Program-made: the position numbers and the translations under genes
Notes under the pieces: model-generated
The model's input: only the letters and a program-made list of their open reading frames with translations
Told to the model about the DNA's origin: nothing
Databases searched by the model: none
Shown here: positions 25,136-38,280 of the stretch, in pieces
Numbering within the stretch: the stretch's first letter is position 1
Layout of the letters: the number at the start of each line of letters is the position of its first letter
From: Convolutriloba macropyga
Taxonomy: Eukaryota
Assembly: GCF_964194025.1 (NCBI RefSeq)
Contig: NC_134476.1
Coordinates: 66,526,001 to 66,590,000, forward strand
Direction of reading: 5' to 3'
DNA: 64,000 bases

Positions 25136-28100
25136 TACAAGAAATAGATTGACAATCGATTGCAAAACTTGTGACAGAAACAATGTAACCTTTTATAAAT
25201 AACATTTTACACGCTTAAAAGGCTATATCTTTGATGGTTAGCGTTTGATGTCTAACAAGACCTCATTCAAATCTCAACTTAAAAATTTACATCTGCCCCC
25301 TCAATTGGCATTATTTACGAAAGTTTTTAATTTTTTTTACCTCTACTTGTGTGAACAATGTTGGTATATAATAATCTTATATTGTTGCTTTAATACATCT
25401 AGTTAAATTCAATTATTATTATTCAACTGTCTGTATGAAAATAATCAACCTACAAAACTGAAGAAACAAAATCTCCACAGACATTTTCCTCTTCAACTAA
25501 ACATTGCACATAACATGACATTTTTGCTTAACCCGTTACAACTTTTAAATTGACATTATCAAAAACATAACCGATTAAAGGTGGGAAGAACTGCTCTCGA
25601 ACGACTAGTGGGAGCTCTAATCAATTGCAACCTGCTTCAGTCGGGGGGGGGGGGGGGCTAAATGGGACTAAGAAGTTCGATAGCATAGAATCTGAACATT
25701 CAGGGTGGAGGTTTTACCCTATTCACAATTCCACAATTGTTCCTAGAATCTATCTTTAGAGAAAACTACTGCACTGGATAGTATTCACAAACCTATTACT
25801 CATAATTAGACTAAAGGGTTATACCAGGCCCTCCGTTCAAGCCCTAAAGAAAGTATTTTCAGCCGCTATAGAACTGTAGTCAATTGCCAATAATAATGAT
25901 GATATTAGAATATGTTTGTAATGCCTCTCTATGTTATATGATATTTTAGCTTCTAAAAGTTTTACCAAATGAAATAAATTGGTGACCCTAAGACTGAGAA
26001 TGATACCACGTCCTCAATTCACTTTCTAACTAATCGATCAACCAATATACGTAAAACAAAATAGTAGATGACATGAAGAGCTCGTCGGTGTTCACTCCAC
26101 AACCCAACCAGACGAGTATTAACCAACTTGATAGAATGTTAAGACATTGCCCATCAGGTACTTCAGGTTACTGCAGACCGTTTTAATTGTCTACTTGATT
26201 CACCATTCCATACTACATGGGTTAACTTAACTTGCCAAGTCTTCGACGAGCAGGCAGGCCTACCCTCAGAGTGGCTTCACTATACGGTCTCCGGGAAGCT
26301 TGGCCGATTAATACTCTCAGAAATCAATCGTCTTGATGTTGTCCTGGACTCAGTGCTGTCCTCCAGTTCGTTAACCTAACTTAACCTAATTGTTGATTGG
26401 TTGATCACTACTTTACTAGTTACCAAACTAATTTAAATCCAATTAATTGAAGCTAAAACTAAGTATTTTGTTAAGTCATTAAAAATGTGATGTGAAGTTA
26501 CTAAATTTGTACAATTGTGCGCTTTTTTTCGATTTAGGAGACACTGAAACTAATTAGCAAATTCCTAGTATCAGTGAATACAAGGTTCCCGTTCTTGTAA
26601 AACAACTAGTTTATGACTTCTATTAATCCCAACTAGCGGAACGTATAGCCTATTCTTACTAGATACAGGTTTTAGTTTCTACTAAGTTATAAGAAAAAGT
26701 CTAGAAGATGAAGATAGTGGAAAATTTACAAAGTTAATTTGACGAAAACTATAGTTACCCAAATTTACTAATTTCAAACAATTATTACAATTTTCAGTAC
26801 CACGACCGAGATCTGTTAACTCACTCGTCGAATCAAGTTTACTCCGCAATTTCAATTATCACAATATAATTATTTTCAGACTGATTTTGGTTACAAAAAT
26901 TGGCTAAAATTGAGCCGTATATGTACTGCTTATCTATGTTTGGTTATGATAGTTGAGTCCTATTTTTACCAAATGTTCCGAATCTTCGTGTGAAAAATAC
27001 CTTTTTTGGAAAAGTTTTCAGAAGGTTGATAACCTAGGCCCCTAATTTGGGTTTCTAATCCAATATTACGCTAATCCAATAACGGTGAGAATTTTGATGT
27101 TCAATCTGTGATATAATCTTTATCAGAGTCCATATTTACTTATTCAACCGTTCTCATCGGTTTAAATTTCTTCGCCATTATTATCTTTGTACAGTTTCAA
27201 ATTTAGAATTCGCTTTTGTGTTGGGAATAATTCAAGGTCAGTATTAATTCGTTTCTTTTCCGAAGTTCAACTTTTCATTCCAACAAATATTGGGCTTGAA
27301 ATAAACATTATATGTAAACATACAACTATTAAAAGATTTAAAGTGGAAAATGGCACCAGTTTCGGCGCACTTTTCATTTCACTTTTAGTATTAAATTGCC
27401 GCCAATTGAGCTCAGCGGCTTGAAATTGTGATTGAGAGAGAATTTTAGATCACGCGAAACGCAAAAAGTCAAGGGCGTAAAAGTCACTCGATAAGTCAAA
27501 ACTGTCAAGCTAAAATTTTGTCAAGCATAAAAAAGACACACGCGTTTACAATAATTGCTTCTCTACGAGAGAAATTAAGAATAACTCAAAAATATTTCCT
27601 CGACACAATTCTGGCATTCTATATGACCAAAATGCATAATGGTTCCACAAGATGCTCGGGTATCTATGCTTTAGCACAGCATGTTCCCAGCTCGCTAAAC
27701 CACAGTGGCCAGGAGAATTGATCAAGAGAATAGCATTTCTTTAATTTTAGCAAAGTAAACTCAAATTCCGCAACGGTCAGAATTAAATTAAATAATTATC
27801 TTGACTTTTTGAGAAAACTCTTTCGGGATTGCTAGTCTCCTGAAATCACCCTTCATTCCATGAATTTCCAACCCTTAAGCGATACTTCGCATCTTTTGTG
27901 AATCGTATAATTCGAGTTACAGCGGAGGCTCAATGACCTCGATCTGCACCAGACAACTCGATCAAACAAAAACTTAAAAACGTACGCCAAAACAGCATCT
28001 GTTTCAACAATTTAATTATGAACCATTCGGAAAACTATTAGTAACTTCAAAATTCAATTTATGTTCTGCAGAACATGGAACCCATAATGTTGATCGGAAA

Positions 28101-28216
28101 TATTGTAATAGAAAAATCAAATGTAAATAATATTTGACCTGTAAACCTTAACTACCTGGTGAAATTCAACTGATCAAGCCTTGTAACTTAAGGAAAGTAA
28201 CTTACAGAAAAAAACG

Positions 28217-28452
28217 TAACCGAATAACGCCGGGTGAAATACTCTCAAACGACCGGCGAGGGGTTGGACACGTCAGTAGCTGCAGTTAAGGAAGGTTCGC
28301 TTTCACCTAATTGAAGGGGCGTGGAGTCAGCCTGTTTATCCCGTTTTTGCTCACGAAAAGTCAAAAGCGTCAGACAAATCAGCCAAGCAAAAACTTGCAT
28401 AAAAAAGGCAGGACAAATATAATAGCTGAAAACGTCGTTTGAGAGCAATTAA
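28217..28452 (-). mobile_element. Short, internally deleted HINE family-1 element with both termini
   Basis: On +: TAACCGAATAACGCCG (hairpin remnant), then ATACTCTCAAACGACCGG, and GTCGTTTGAGAGCAATTAA at the other end. Confidence 0.7.
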
Positions 28453-31054
28453 CGGCATAAAAAGACCAAGAGCCAAATAAAGGCTACGATTTTTGTTGAG
28501 AGCAATTAAGAATGACAAAAATAAAATGGCAAGACAAAGAAAACTATCCGTTTTAAACAACTTTAATCATTCTCGGCATAAACATTAGAACAATAACAAT
28601 TTGATTGTACTAGCATATAACTTCTGGAGGTTCAAGCGTCCAACTGAAAATTACAAATACACTTAATGACAGTACTGATAAATATTTATTCAGGATAACA
28701 TGACACGAAAAAAAAAGATTATTTTTGGAGCAGCAATTTCGCAGGCCTAAAAGTGCGATAGAAAACAGATGGCACACATTCGGAACATTAACAATAACAG
28801 CCAAAAATGGTAACTGTTTTCTACTATATTGAAAACATTTTCAATACGGGACAAATTTTTAATACAAAAGTGCATAATTAATGCCAGCACATGGCAAAAA
28901 CTACTGTAGCGGTATTGCTTGTCCAAAAAAATCAACATAACATTGCAGTAGATAAGCGTGCCTCGGTTATTCACTGCTCACCGCCTGGCAACGCTTAATT
29001 TGCAGCTTCGACAAACTACGTCGAATAAAACAAAATTTTTCTAAGCTTTGGAAAAACTTTGTTTTAATCTGACCTAAGCTGCAAACACTTTTAAAAAGCT
29101 CTGCTACCCTAAGCACAATCACCATTGACCCAACTGACCGATGTTGGGATTGAAACAATAAGAAAAAAATGACGACCGCCTAATTTTTTCTAAGAGTCAA
29201 AAATTGTTATAATGTGGTTTTGGTTCGTTGCTTCATTACATTCGATGAAAAAGGTACATTTAATTTATGAATAGGAGCACAAAAAGCTCAATACCAATTC
29301 CAGTTAGCAGTTTACTCTAAGGAACTCAGATAACTTAATGTACAAAGTCAAGTCTTTAAACATTAGGTCTTAGTGCTCCAGCTTTCGTGGGTTCATCCCA
29401 TTTTTAATTTCAATTTATTTTCGATTTAAAAGTAGTCACGAAAAATTGCTACATACATTCTAACTGCCAGTCAGTCAAAAATCAAATATGTAAAACGAAA
29501 AACAAACAAGATCGAAAGGTAAAATAAATTCGAAAATGGCTTAGCACGACAAGTCTGAAAGACAATTCAAAGAATTAGATGGATTTCGTGAAAAATACTT
29601 GAAGGACACAGATTTCAATTGAATAAAACAAGCCAAACAAAACAAAACACTTTCACACATTTAGAGGCAATTAGCAAACACAGAATTTGAACCACATAGA
29701 CTCTGGTGGTTGAGGTAAAGAGAACCATAATTGAAAAACAAAAAAGCCTCAGCATAAGTAAAAAGACATCCAGAATCAAAAACATTAAAAACCGTAAGCT
29801 TTTAACAGCAAGTTTCAACAAAATCTTCCTTCACTTTTGTTGTAACTTTCCACAGAAATGGTTTTTCCTAGTGTTGTTAAGAATAGTTCAAGAACCCAGC
29901 AGTAAGCTACGCAAATGATTACTTCGCACATTGCACCCAAAACAAGTTGGCATTTTACACTCAAAAAAGAGCTTCTTAAAATGAAAAATAGCAAAAATTT
30001 ATATTTAAATAAATTTCTTGGATAATAATGTATCCAAAATCGTCTAATTCTAGCTAAATACTACAAGATAACAACGCACCTGTATGCTATCTTAAAGTTG
30101 TTGGTTGTGTACGAGAAAAACCGTGTCAGAGAATGATCAAAACCTTAAAAAAATAGCCGAAATGACTGATTATAAGTACTAAAGTTAAAAAGATTCCCAG
30201 AAATTAGCCGCAATAGATTCGTAGACCTGCGGTCTCAAAAAAGTGTATGACAGACCGAAAATTTTTTTTCATTAACCGCTGAAAGTTTGGTTAAGAATCT
30301 GTATAACTTATTGCTGTTTCTATTAGATGCTCTTAAATAACCTTCAATTAGAATGATATGCACTCACTTGACCTTATCTCTTTGAATTAAAGTAAAGAAA
30401 AGTCAACTTCAGAGTGAGGTCATTTTTGAGAGTGAAGTCACGTGTGAACAAAAACTTAATCACACAAATGAACAAAAAAAATTGCTTCACTAAGAGTGAA
30501 AAAGGACGTCAAGCACGCAAATCAGTTAAAATTGCATGAACAAAAAACAGATTTGAGGTGATTTTGACATCATATGGTCGAAACAAAAATCCTTGACCAA
30601 ATAAAAAAAATCCAAGAGAAGGCCAATAATAGCCTCAGCTATCGCTTCGCGGCTATTAAAAAGTAACTTATGTCATGCCAAAATCTTTTTAGTAGCTTGG
30701 CTAGAAGCTCTAAGAAAGTTACGATGCATCTTTGGAAACAATTAGAGAAAAATTTATTGTGATGTTATTATCCTCATAATCATTTAAGTTGTTGAATATT
30801 CATTAACCTATCTTCAAGCATTGAAACTGTTTCATTGGCCTCAAAAATCAAGAGCAACAAAAGTAGTTAAAGTCGGCGTAAATAACAAAACATACACCTA
30901 ATATATTAGCACAAAAGTACATTCCGTAGAGCATAGCAGGCAAATAAAGTATAACTGATGTTCAATATTATCAAATTACCAAAAAATCAAGAAATTAACA
31001 TCCTCTAGGCTCAAAAACGGAATTTTTCACAAAGAAATCCGGACATTTTATTTC

Positions 31055-31225
31055 AGCATGAGAGCAACTTAGATCACTCAAAAATTAAGAACTGAAGTGC
31101 GAAAAAGTCACTCAAGAAGTGAACGAATCTTCTACAACAAAAGCACAAAAACGGTCAAGCAAAAATATTGCAAAAGACACGCGTTTACAATAACTGCTTC
31201 AAACTTGTTCCAGAGCAATTAAAAA
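31055..31225 (-). mobile_element. HINE family-1 terminal fragment
   Basis: Matches 36135-36304 (GAGAGCAACTTAGATCACTC...AAACTTGTTCCAGAGCAATTAA). Confidence 0.6.
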
Positions 31226-31995
31226 GAGAGAAGAATAAGAAAGGAGGAGAGCTATCATAGTGCGTGTGGGAAACTGGCATTGGATGGCTTTTTCGCCATA
31301 CTCACGGTCCATTTTAGAAAGTTTCAATGAAACACAATTTAATGAAATCTGGTGTCATTAAACTACGGGTAAAAGCAGCATTCTCAATGCGAACAATAGA
31401 AAACGGTAAAGGACCGAAACTTGCAGGCCTTGAAATATTGATCCAAGCAAAACTTCAAGTGCCTCTCGTAACTACTAAGATTTTTTAACTAATTATTCCT
31501 TTGAATTGTATTGAACGAAGTAAAGCACAGTTTTATAAACAAAACCAGTTGAGTTTAAGTCGAGATTTAAATTCTTTCTGTTCAATTAGAGTGTTATCAT
31601 TATCATCAACAACTGGTCAGGACAAAGGCTTAATGTAAACACATTAAAAATTCACTTTCGTCAAAGAATTTGAATTATGCGCTAAAACAGTCAAATAGCT
31701 AAAACTTCAAATCTGAGGGAAAAAGTGAAAATATTAAGCCTGTATCTACTGACCATGTTCAAAGTGTTTATAAGCAGATAAAAGCATTTATCGAACATCA
31801 AGCTCCAACTTGTACGCATTCAACTGACTAAGACAATAGTTGTCATGGTAACGGCTGTGATGATAACCTACTATCACACATGTAACTTCTGATACTAAGG
31901 GAATTGGCTACTATTTGAGTCTAGTTGTTTTCCTATATTGTTGTTGTTATTGTTGTGTCAGCGTAACGGGGGTGGAAAGGTGGCAGTGGGTGGAG

Positions 31996-32133
31996 TTAGT
32001 AGACCACTCCAGGGTATCCCATGAGTTGTTGTGGCCTCTGGATCTCTGCCTTGAAGGAGGGGTCACTGGACTGGAACAGTTTCACTCCCTCTGACTTCAC
32101 TCCTAGTCGCGCGTGAATGGGCTTAGGGAACAC
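31996..32133 (-). CDS. Twin-CX9C/MIC19-like protein, putative terminal exon (VFPKPIHARLGVKSEGVKLFQSSDPSFKAEIQRPQQLMGYPGVVY*)
   Basis: ggtgtttag|GTG acceptor with the same tgtttag form as two other acceptors of this gene. Phase 0 matches the donor at 36994. 138 nt open to TAA, and GC-rich relative to its flanks. Confidence 0.7.
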   Translation of the reverse strand: MFPKPIHARLGVKSEGVKLFQSSDPSFKAEIQRPQQLMGYPGVVY

Positions 32134-32199
32134 CTAAACACCATAACAGTTATTATTCAGTCGCATATTTCTGTCTTTTTTTGGACAATTGATCTTGTA

Positions 32200-32326
32200 C
32201 CAAATTAAGGGCGAATCAATGCACCGGCGAGCGGCTGGCTTCGGTAGTAGCCAGCTGGGGCTTAGGGCTGCTAGCATTGGGGGGGGGGGATGTTGTGTGT
32301 GTATGTATGTATGCGTGTGTATGTGT

Positions 32327-32357
<31 letters not shown>

Positions 32358-32379
32358 GGGTTCGTTTGAGAGCAATTAA
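32200..32379 (-). mobile_element. HINE family-1 derivative with internal GT microsatellite and G-runs
   Basis: ACCGGCGAGCGGCTGGCTTCG resembles 36347-36370; ends GTTCGTTTGAGAGCAATTAA. Confidence 0.6.
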
Positions 32380-34919
32380 ACAGTGGTATAGTTAATAATC
32401 TATTGCTAAAATTTCTTATGCTGGCAAGGCTCAGCCCATAGCGACCATTACGCATTTTGAACTATGAATAGCTGATTTGATAGACACAACTTTCTCAAGA
32501 TCCACTCGAAACTCTCTTGCTGAGCAAAGACAAACTATTGCTGCAATTTTTAAAGCTGCATCAAAAATTTGGAGGGTTCTGTAAACTAACTGTAACTAAC
32601 CCCAAACATAGCGGGTCAATGTGAATTACCAAACTTATGCTATCATTACAATGTAATTATTTGGTAAGTAGACATGTAATTTACATGTTGAGTTGCAAAA
32701 ATTAAAGAAAGCAAGAATTTTTTCGTTGCTGAATAGTTGTAAATTAACAAGCAACAGGGACAAATAACGAGATCAGAGCAATCTTCTATTGCAACTTGCC
32801 CAATAAATTATTGACAACGATTACTTGATATACGTTCGTTAAATACACTCATAATATAGCAAACAAATTATTCAATTAGGACATCAATTCAATAAACTTG
32901 AGTAGCACATGCTCAAAATAGTTGTTCGCTTCAGTTAAAAACGAATCTAATTAGCTCATAGTTCGACATCAGATATGAGTTTTTTACTACCAGTCTTTAA
33001 ATTAGGCGGGAATTATCTGCATTATTTTCAAATTAAATTTAAATTTATTCTTAAAATGAGCTTCTCGCTTTCACATTATAAACATTTATCATTAGAACAT
33101 AGCCGCTCAAATACTGTTCAGACCTAATAAAAAACGCCCAAAACTAGAGAAAACTTTGATTAAAAATGATACTTTCATATCAAATTTCATCCAGCAATCT
33201 TTTAAAAAGCCTCATAAATATTAACTTTCTCTGACATCAATTGAATTTCATTTAGAGTCTACATTCTAATTATTGATTCAATAAGTGGGAGAAGTAATTC
33301 TATTGAGTAAGGCAAGTAATTTATTCCCCAAAAATTTATCACATGATTGACATTAAGACCAATAAAAGCCACAGTAACAAATGACATCACACTTAAAATC
33401 AAGCGGCTGAGTAATCTAAGTTATCAAAAAAAGCGCGTGATCAAATAAATGATCATAAAACAGTTTTATTTACAGCTATCTCTGGCTCGACAAATCTTCA
33501 ACTAAATGAATTCAATCTATTGCAACAATTAAATATATCAAGAAGATAAATGAGCCAGATGGACAGAAACGAAATACTTTTTAACAAAACCTAGCTCCAT
33601 GAAACATCTCAGAAAATGAACACCAATAATTTATTAAACGAGTCTTATAGGATAAATTCTTTTTTAATTTTAGATTTAAATTCTTTCAAATTTTTAGCGA
33701 TTCTTAGAACTGAATTTTATTAATTAAAACCATAAAACCAACAAAAAACAAAAGAGACCAAAATCATGAAAAGCAAAAAAACTTGAAAATTTTTTGCAAA
33801 TTTATAAAGGCAATGTGAAAAGGCTGAAAATTACGACCAACAATTATCATAAACAATTACGAGGAAACAGACAGCTGAAAATTAGACAACTGAAGGCAAC
33901 GTTAAAACATAAACCGACAAATGTCGGAATTGCTCTTGTAGCCTAAATCAATTTTTCTTTATGGGTGCAAAAACCTTTCCCCCACCGGGATTCGAACCAC
34001 TGATAACCTAATGCACTATGACGTAATGACCGGGTTTTATTGCTTTATCCGGTTCTTTTGATTTTGCTCTTTTGATCCACTGACCGCTTTCACTACAGTT
34101 CGTAATTCAATGAAAAATTAGCTCTCAAAACAACTCAAAATTAATATCAAACAAGACAACAAACTGCTAGAGCCAAAAAATATGAGAAAAATGACTGACA
34201 AAAACTGATATAGCATCTGATAAGATTTCCCTTTAGTTGCGACTCCAAAAAATCTGTTGGCAGAAGACACTAATGCAGATAGTTTGCAGCAAAAAATACC
34301 ACTTGACAGACAACAAAAAACGGGTTTAAAGAGAAAACTGAGGAAAGGAAAAGTAGACAACGATGGACAAAAAAACCGAAAAACAATATTCTCCATACAT
34401 AAAATTCTCTTAGAACATTTTCTACAAAAAGCAACTGCCCAACAATTACCCTGAGAAACATTTCAATTAAATCTTCTGGTATACTAGACATCAACTCAAG
34501 ATTTGCCGGAGAAATATAACAACCAAAAAAATGCAGAAAACATTTAAATTTGTAAAAACTATATCAGTAGAAAATGCCAGGTCTGGCATTCAACTGTCTT
34601 CTCATAGAAGCAACACATATAGATTAGCTCAAAACTAATTGACCAAGAGAAACTAAAGCAGGAAAAATAAAATTGGAAGAAATAGACAAAAACGTACAAA
34701 ACAGAAATCGTCAAAAATAGGCTGAAAATAATTAATTTTTCTCCAACAAAACAACTTAAATCAATTATCAGCATAGTTGAAAGACCACCAAAGCTGCTAG
34801 AACAACTGTTTTCAAACACAAAACTAGCTCAAAATTTGAATCTTAAGGTGTTCTATTTGTTTCACATCGTCAAAAATGATTCCAAACACACTATTACAAG
34901 TAAAACTTAAATGAAGAAG

Positions 34920-35880
34920 TTGGAGTTAAGACAAAAAAAATGTTTTGAAAAACCGCACGCGATCAAAAAATTTCACTCGCTTAGCGAATTTTTTTTTCAC
35001 TTTTACTTTTATCGCTCTCGCACAAAAAAAACGATATGAACAGAAAAACAATCACTTCCCTCAGCTTTTCAATTCCTTCAACCGTTTGAAATAAATACTT
35101 ATTTTTCACATACGGCATTAAATTTTATAACCTGTTTTGAGTAAATACAACAAAAAATTATCGATGAAACAAGACGTTCCACCAATAATCTTCTTCGAGC
35201 CGTAAAAGATAGCGCCAAAATACAATTCAAATTCTTTGAATTAAAAGAGCGCCCAAATAATAGCCATTGACAGGCTGACGGCGGCTAATTAAAATACAAT
35301 ATTAATTAAAATCCAAAAAAGATATTCAAAATTTGAGAACTACGAGCCAATTTTGCCCCTTTTAACGCAATATCGGCCCCTCAGAAACAATGTAAGCCCA
35401 TCCGCAGAGGTAAAACAAGAGTGACTAAATAATAGCCGTTGAGAGGCTGACAGCGGCTATTGAAAAAATTAAATAAAGCCAAAAATTAACTTCAAAAATT
35501 CAGAAAAACCCGCCGATTCTGGCCCCTTTAACGCAATATTAGGCTCCTCAAAAACAACCTAAGCTCATCTGCATAGGTTCACAGAATACTGCAGCGACAT
35601 TTGCAAAAAACAAAATTTGCACGCAAAACCTAACTCAAAAGAAATAAGTCAAATGAACGAAAGTCATTCATTCAAATCAGCGCATGAAAACAAATATTCT
35701 TTCGCTCAGCAAAAAAGAGCAATTATACTCACTCTGACTTTTATGTCATAACACCACCTGAACGCATAGTACTTCCGGTCACAAAAACCTCCCGAAAACC
35801 AAAACTCTTCTTTGAGTAGTAAAAATCAAGAGAAGGCCAATAACCACTCCACTCAGCTATAGCTATCGCAGCTATTAAAA
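34920..35880 (+). mobile_element. Cluster of family-2-type repeats, each ending in an AATAGCC...GGCTATT hairpin
   Basis: Hairpins at about 35258-35292, 35431-35461 and 35838-35877. The same kind of terminus occurs at 30625-30658 (CAAGAGAAGGCCAATAATAGCC). Confidence 0.55.
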
Positions 35881-35913
35881 TAAGAAACCATGGTGAATGA
35901 ATTCACATTAACA

Positions 35914-36304
35914 TAAACTGACTAACGTCGGATGAATTGCTACCGAACGACAGGCGGGGTCAATTTAATTTAGGGGTGAAGCTCAGAAATTTTGGGCTCA
36001 AAGACTCGGACCTGATAGGGGTTCGCACCCGCGACCTTTAGAACAGCAGTCAAACATTTTAATCACTAAGCTACGCCCGCTTCGTTACCCAACCGCTAAC
36101 AATATTTTTATATTAGCATCTAACTTCATTTCAGAATGAGAGCAATTGAAATCACTCAAACTGAAAAAGTGAAGCTTGAAAAAGTCACTGGAGAAATCAC
36201 AGAATGTTCTAGAACAAAAGCGCAAAAATGGTCAAGCAAAAATTTTGCATAAAAAGACCAACCCATTGACAATAATTGGCTCAAACTTCGTTCGAGAGCA
36301 ATTA
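35914..36304 (-). mobile_element. HINE family-1 element with an embedded tRNA-derived segment (about 36010-36082)
   Basis: On +: hairpin GAC-TAAC-GTC, subterminal AATTGCTACCGAACGA, and the inverse TTCGTTCGAGAGCAATT at the other end. The minus strand has A-box-like TAGCTTAGTGA and B-box-like GGTGCGAACCC. Confidence 0.7.
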
Positions 36305-36310
36305 ATAAAC

Positions 36311-36820
36311 ATAACCGACTAACGTCGAGCGCATTGCTCTCAAACGACCGGTGAGTGGTTGGCTTCGCCAGTAGCTAGCCACGGTTTAGTGAGGCTAACT
36401 TTATCTTAATTATAGGGCGCAGCGGGGGGGGGGGGGGTGATGGGGGGTGGAGTAACGGTGGGAAGAGGTCTTTGGCTGCACTGGGCCCTTACGTCCTCAA
36501 CGAGGTGCAAGGGTGAGGATTGGGCGCTGATGTGGGGGAGGGAGGTGGTTGTTGTGTTAGGGGAGGGGGAAAACTCTTAGAACCGCGCTTCACACCATAA
36601 GTACAAATCTCCAAAACAGTTTCTGTGAATCGAATAGCTGGAGACTAGAGAGCTAAAGGCTCTAAGAGAACTTAATGCCCGCTGAGCGCTACCTGTTCAT
36701 CCCATTTTTGAGGACGAAAAGTCAAATGGGTCAGACGAAAAATCGCTCAAGCGAAAAATTGCATGCAAAAGACTACCAGGACTTATATAATTGCGACAAA
36801 CTTCGTTTGAGATCAATTAA
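36311..36820 (-). mobile_element. HINE (Helentron/DINE-1-like) family-1 element, apparently full length
   Basis: Read on minus: the terminal repeat TTAATTGATCTCAAACGA, then at the far end the subterminal inverse TCGTTTGAGAGCAAT followed by the stem-loop CGAC-GTTA-GTCG. This asymmetric subTIR plus hairpin layout is established for Helentron HINEs. Confidence 0.75.
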
Positions 36821-36994
36821 TCACTAAATAACCAAATAGTAACCAGTCATCATGGAAGTCACTGTGTATTGATAAGAAAAAACTGGACCAATGAACGTTG
36901 CGAAATGATCGTTCAACTATTGTGACTATGCTGCAACTGAAACTTTTGATATCTATGTGATCTATAGACATTTGAGTGACATGAAGTGACTGAC

Positions 36995-37152
36995 CTCTTT
37001 GTATTTGTGTTGTCTACAGAAGTATAGTTCATCAATGACATCTAGACAGTCATTCTGGTCCTTCTTACTGTCCATACACGCATACATCTTCTCAAATTGA
37101 TCTCCACAACTCACTCCACTCAAGTCCACATCTCTCACCTTCTTCATCGAAC
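36995..37152 (-). CDS. Twin-CX9C (CHCH) exon of a MIC19/CHCHD3-like mitochondrial protein
   Basis: ctgac branch, atgtttag|GT TCG (phase 1) and GAG|GTCAGT donor (phase 0). Encodes (G)SMKKVRDVDLSGVS-CGDQFEKMYAC-MDSKKDQND-CLDVIDELYFC-RQHKYKE, an exact CX9C-X9-CX9C. Confidence 0.85.
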
Positions 37153-37214
37153 CTAAACATATACCAACTATGTCAGAAGAATTGCTCTTCAACGACAGGC
37201 GGGTGGAAAAAACT

Positions 37215-37290
37215 TGACCCCGCCGTGACTCGAACCATTGACCTCACCATCCATAACCACAAGCACTGACGACTCGGCTATCTGGCCCTT
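37215..37290 (-). other. tRNA-derived (SINE-like) Pol III head
   Basis: A-box-like TAGCCGAGTCG and B box GGTTCGAGTC, followed by TTTTTT on the minus strand. No intact cloverleaf. Confidence 0.45.
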
Positions 37291-38280
37291 ATTGCTTCTA
37301 TGCTGCAACCGACTTTATTGTAGACTTTTTTTTCCAATTTCACATTTTAGGTTCACGCATTAACAGCCGGTCATCTATATATTAATTCTAGCTTAAATGC
37401 TATACCACCATTTTTAAGCGCCTATCTTCACATGTTTTAGCGTCCCTTAAACATGCAGCCTAGCGTAATGCATGCATCCTATACCACCATGTTTAACCGC
37501 CAATCTTCACATGTTTTAACGGTCCTTAAACATGCAGCGTGTTCTGTGGCTTGGTTTTATGTGCGTGCGTGCGTGTGTCTGCGAGCATGCATGCGTATGT
37601 GTGTGCGTGTATGTGTGTGTGTGTGTGCACGTAGGCATTTGCTCTTTTCGGTTTTCGGACGTTCAATTCTTTTTCGAACGTTTGATTACTTTTCGAACGT
37701 TTGCTCTTCAAACGTTCGATTTGTTTTCGAACGTTCTTTAACTTAACCGCTTACGTCTATGTTTACTGTGTTTGTGTATGTGTGTGTTTGTGACCTTCAA
37801 CTGATAAACTTTAACTGACGTTAACCATGGCTTGGAGTACAACCACTGAATTTTATCCTTGTGTGTTTGTGTGTGTTAACCTGTTTGCGTGTGTGTGTGT
37901 GTGTGTGTGTGTATGTAATGTGTGTTTGCGTGCACGCGTGTGAGACCTTGAGCTGTTGACATTTAACTGAGGTTAACCGTTACATTGAGTTGCTTTAATG
38001 CAATACTGATTGTTCTTTTTACATATTATCCCATATTCCTTTTTGCATATCCCAGACGGCCGACTATTTGGTAAGCATCCTTTGGTGATCAAAATCAATT
38101 AGGGCGGGCAGGTCTGAACTGGTCTAAAGGTTTGTTAGGTTTTGCTCAGATTTTTTTCATTGTCTCAGACTCTTATCCTGCAATTCAGTTATCCTACTTA
38201 CTTTTCTTGGCTAAAACTTTTCTTCGCTTTTCTTGGCTAAAACGTTTTTCGCTTCTCTTCGTTAAAGATAACTTTCAGAA

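Noticed and set aside
26050-26390. GC-richer block with short frames on both strands
   Set aside because: The frames I translated are under 40 codons, with no consistent splice pair or recognisable motif.
28610-28645. ttttcag acceptor giving LDA* as an alternative last exon of the CHCH gene
   Set aside because: The closer exon at 31996-32133 is phase-compatible, longer and looks more like coding sequence.
36962-37192. Track ORF of 76 aa taken as a standalone gene
   Set aside because: It starts at a TTG inside a transposon terminus. The coding part is better explained as the internal exon 36995-37152.
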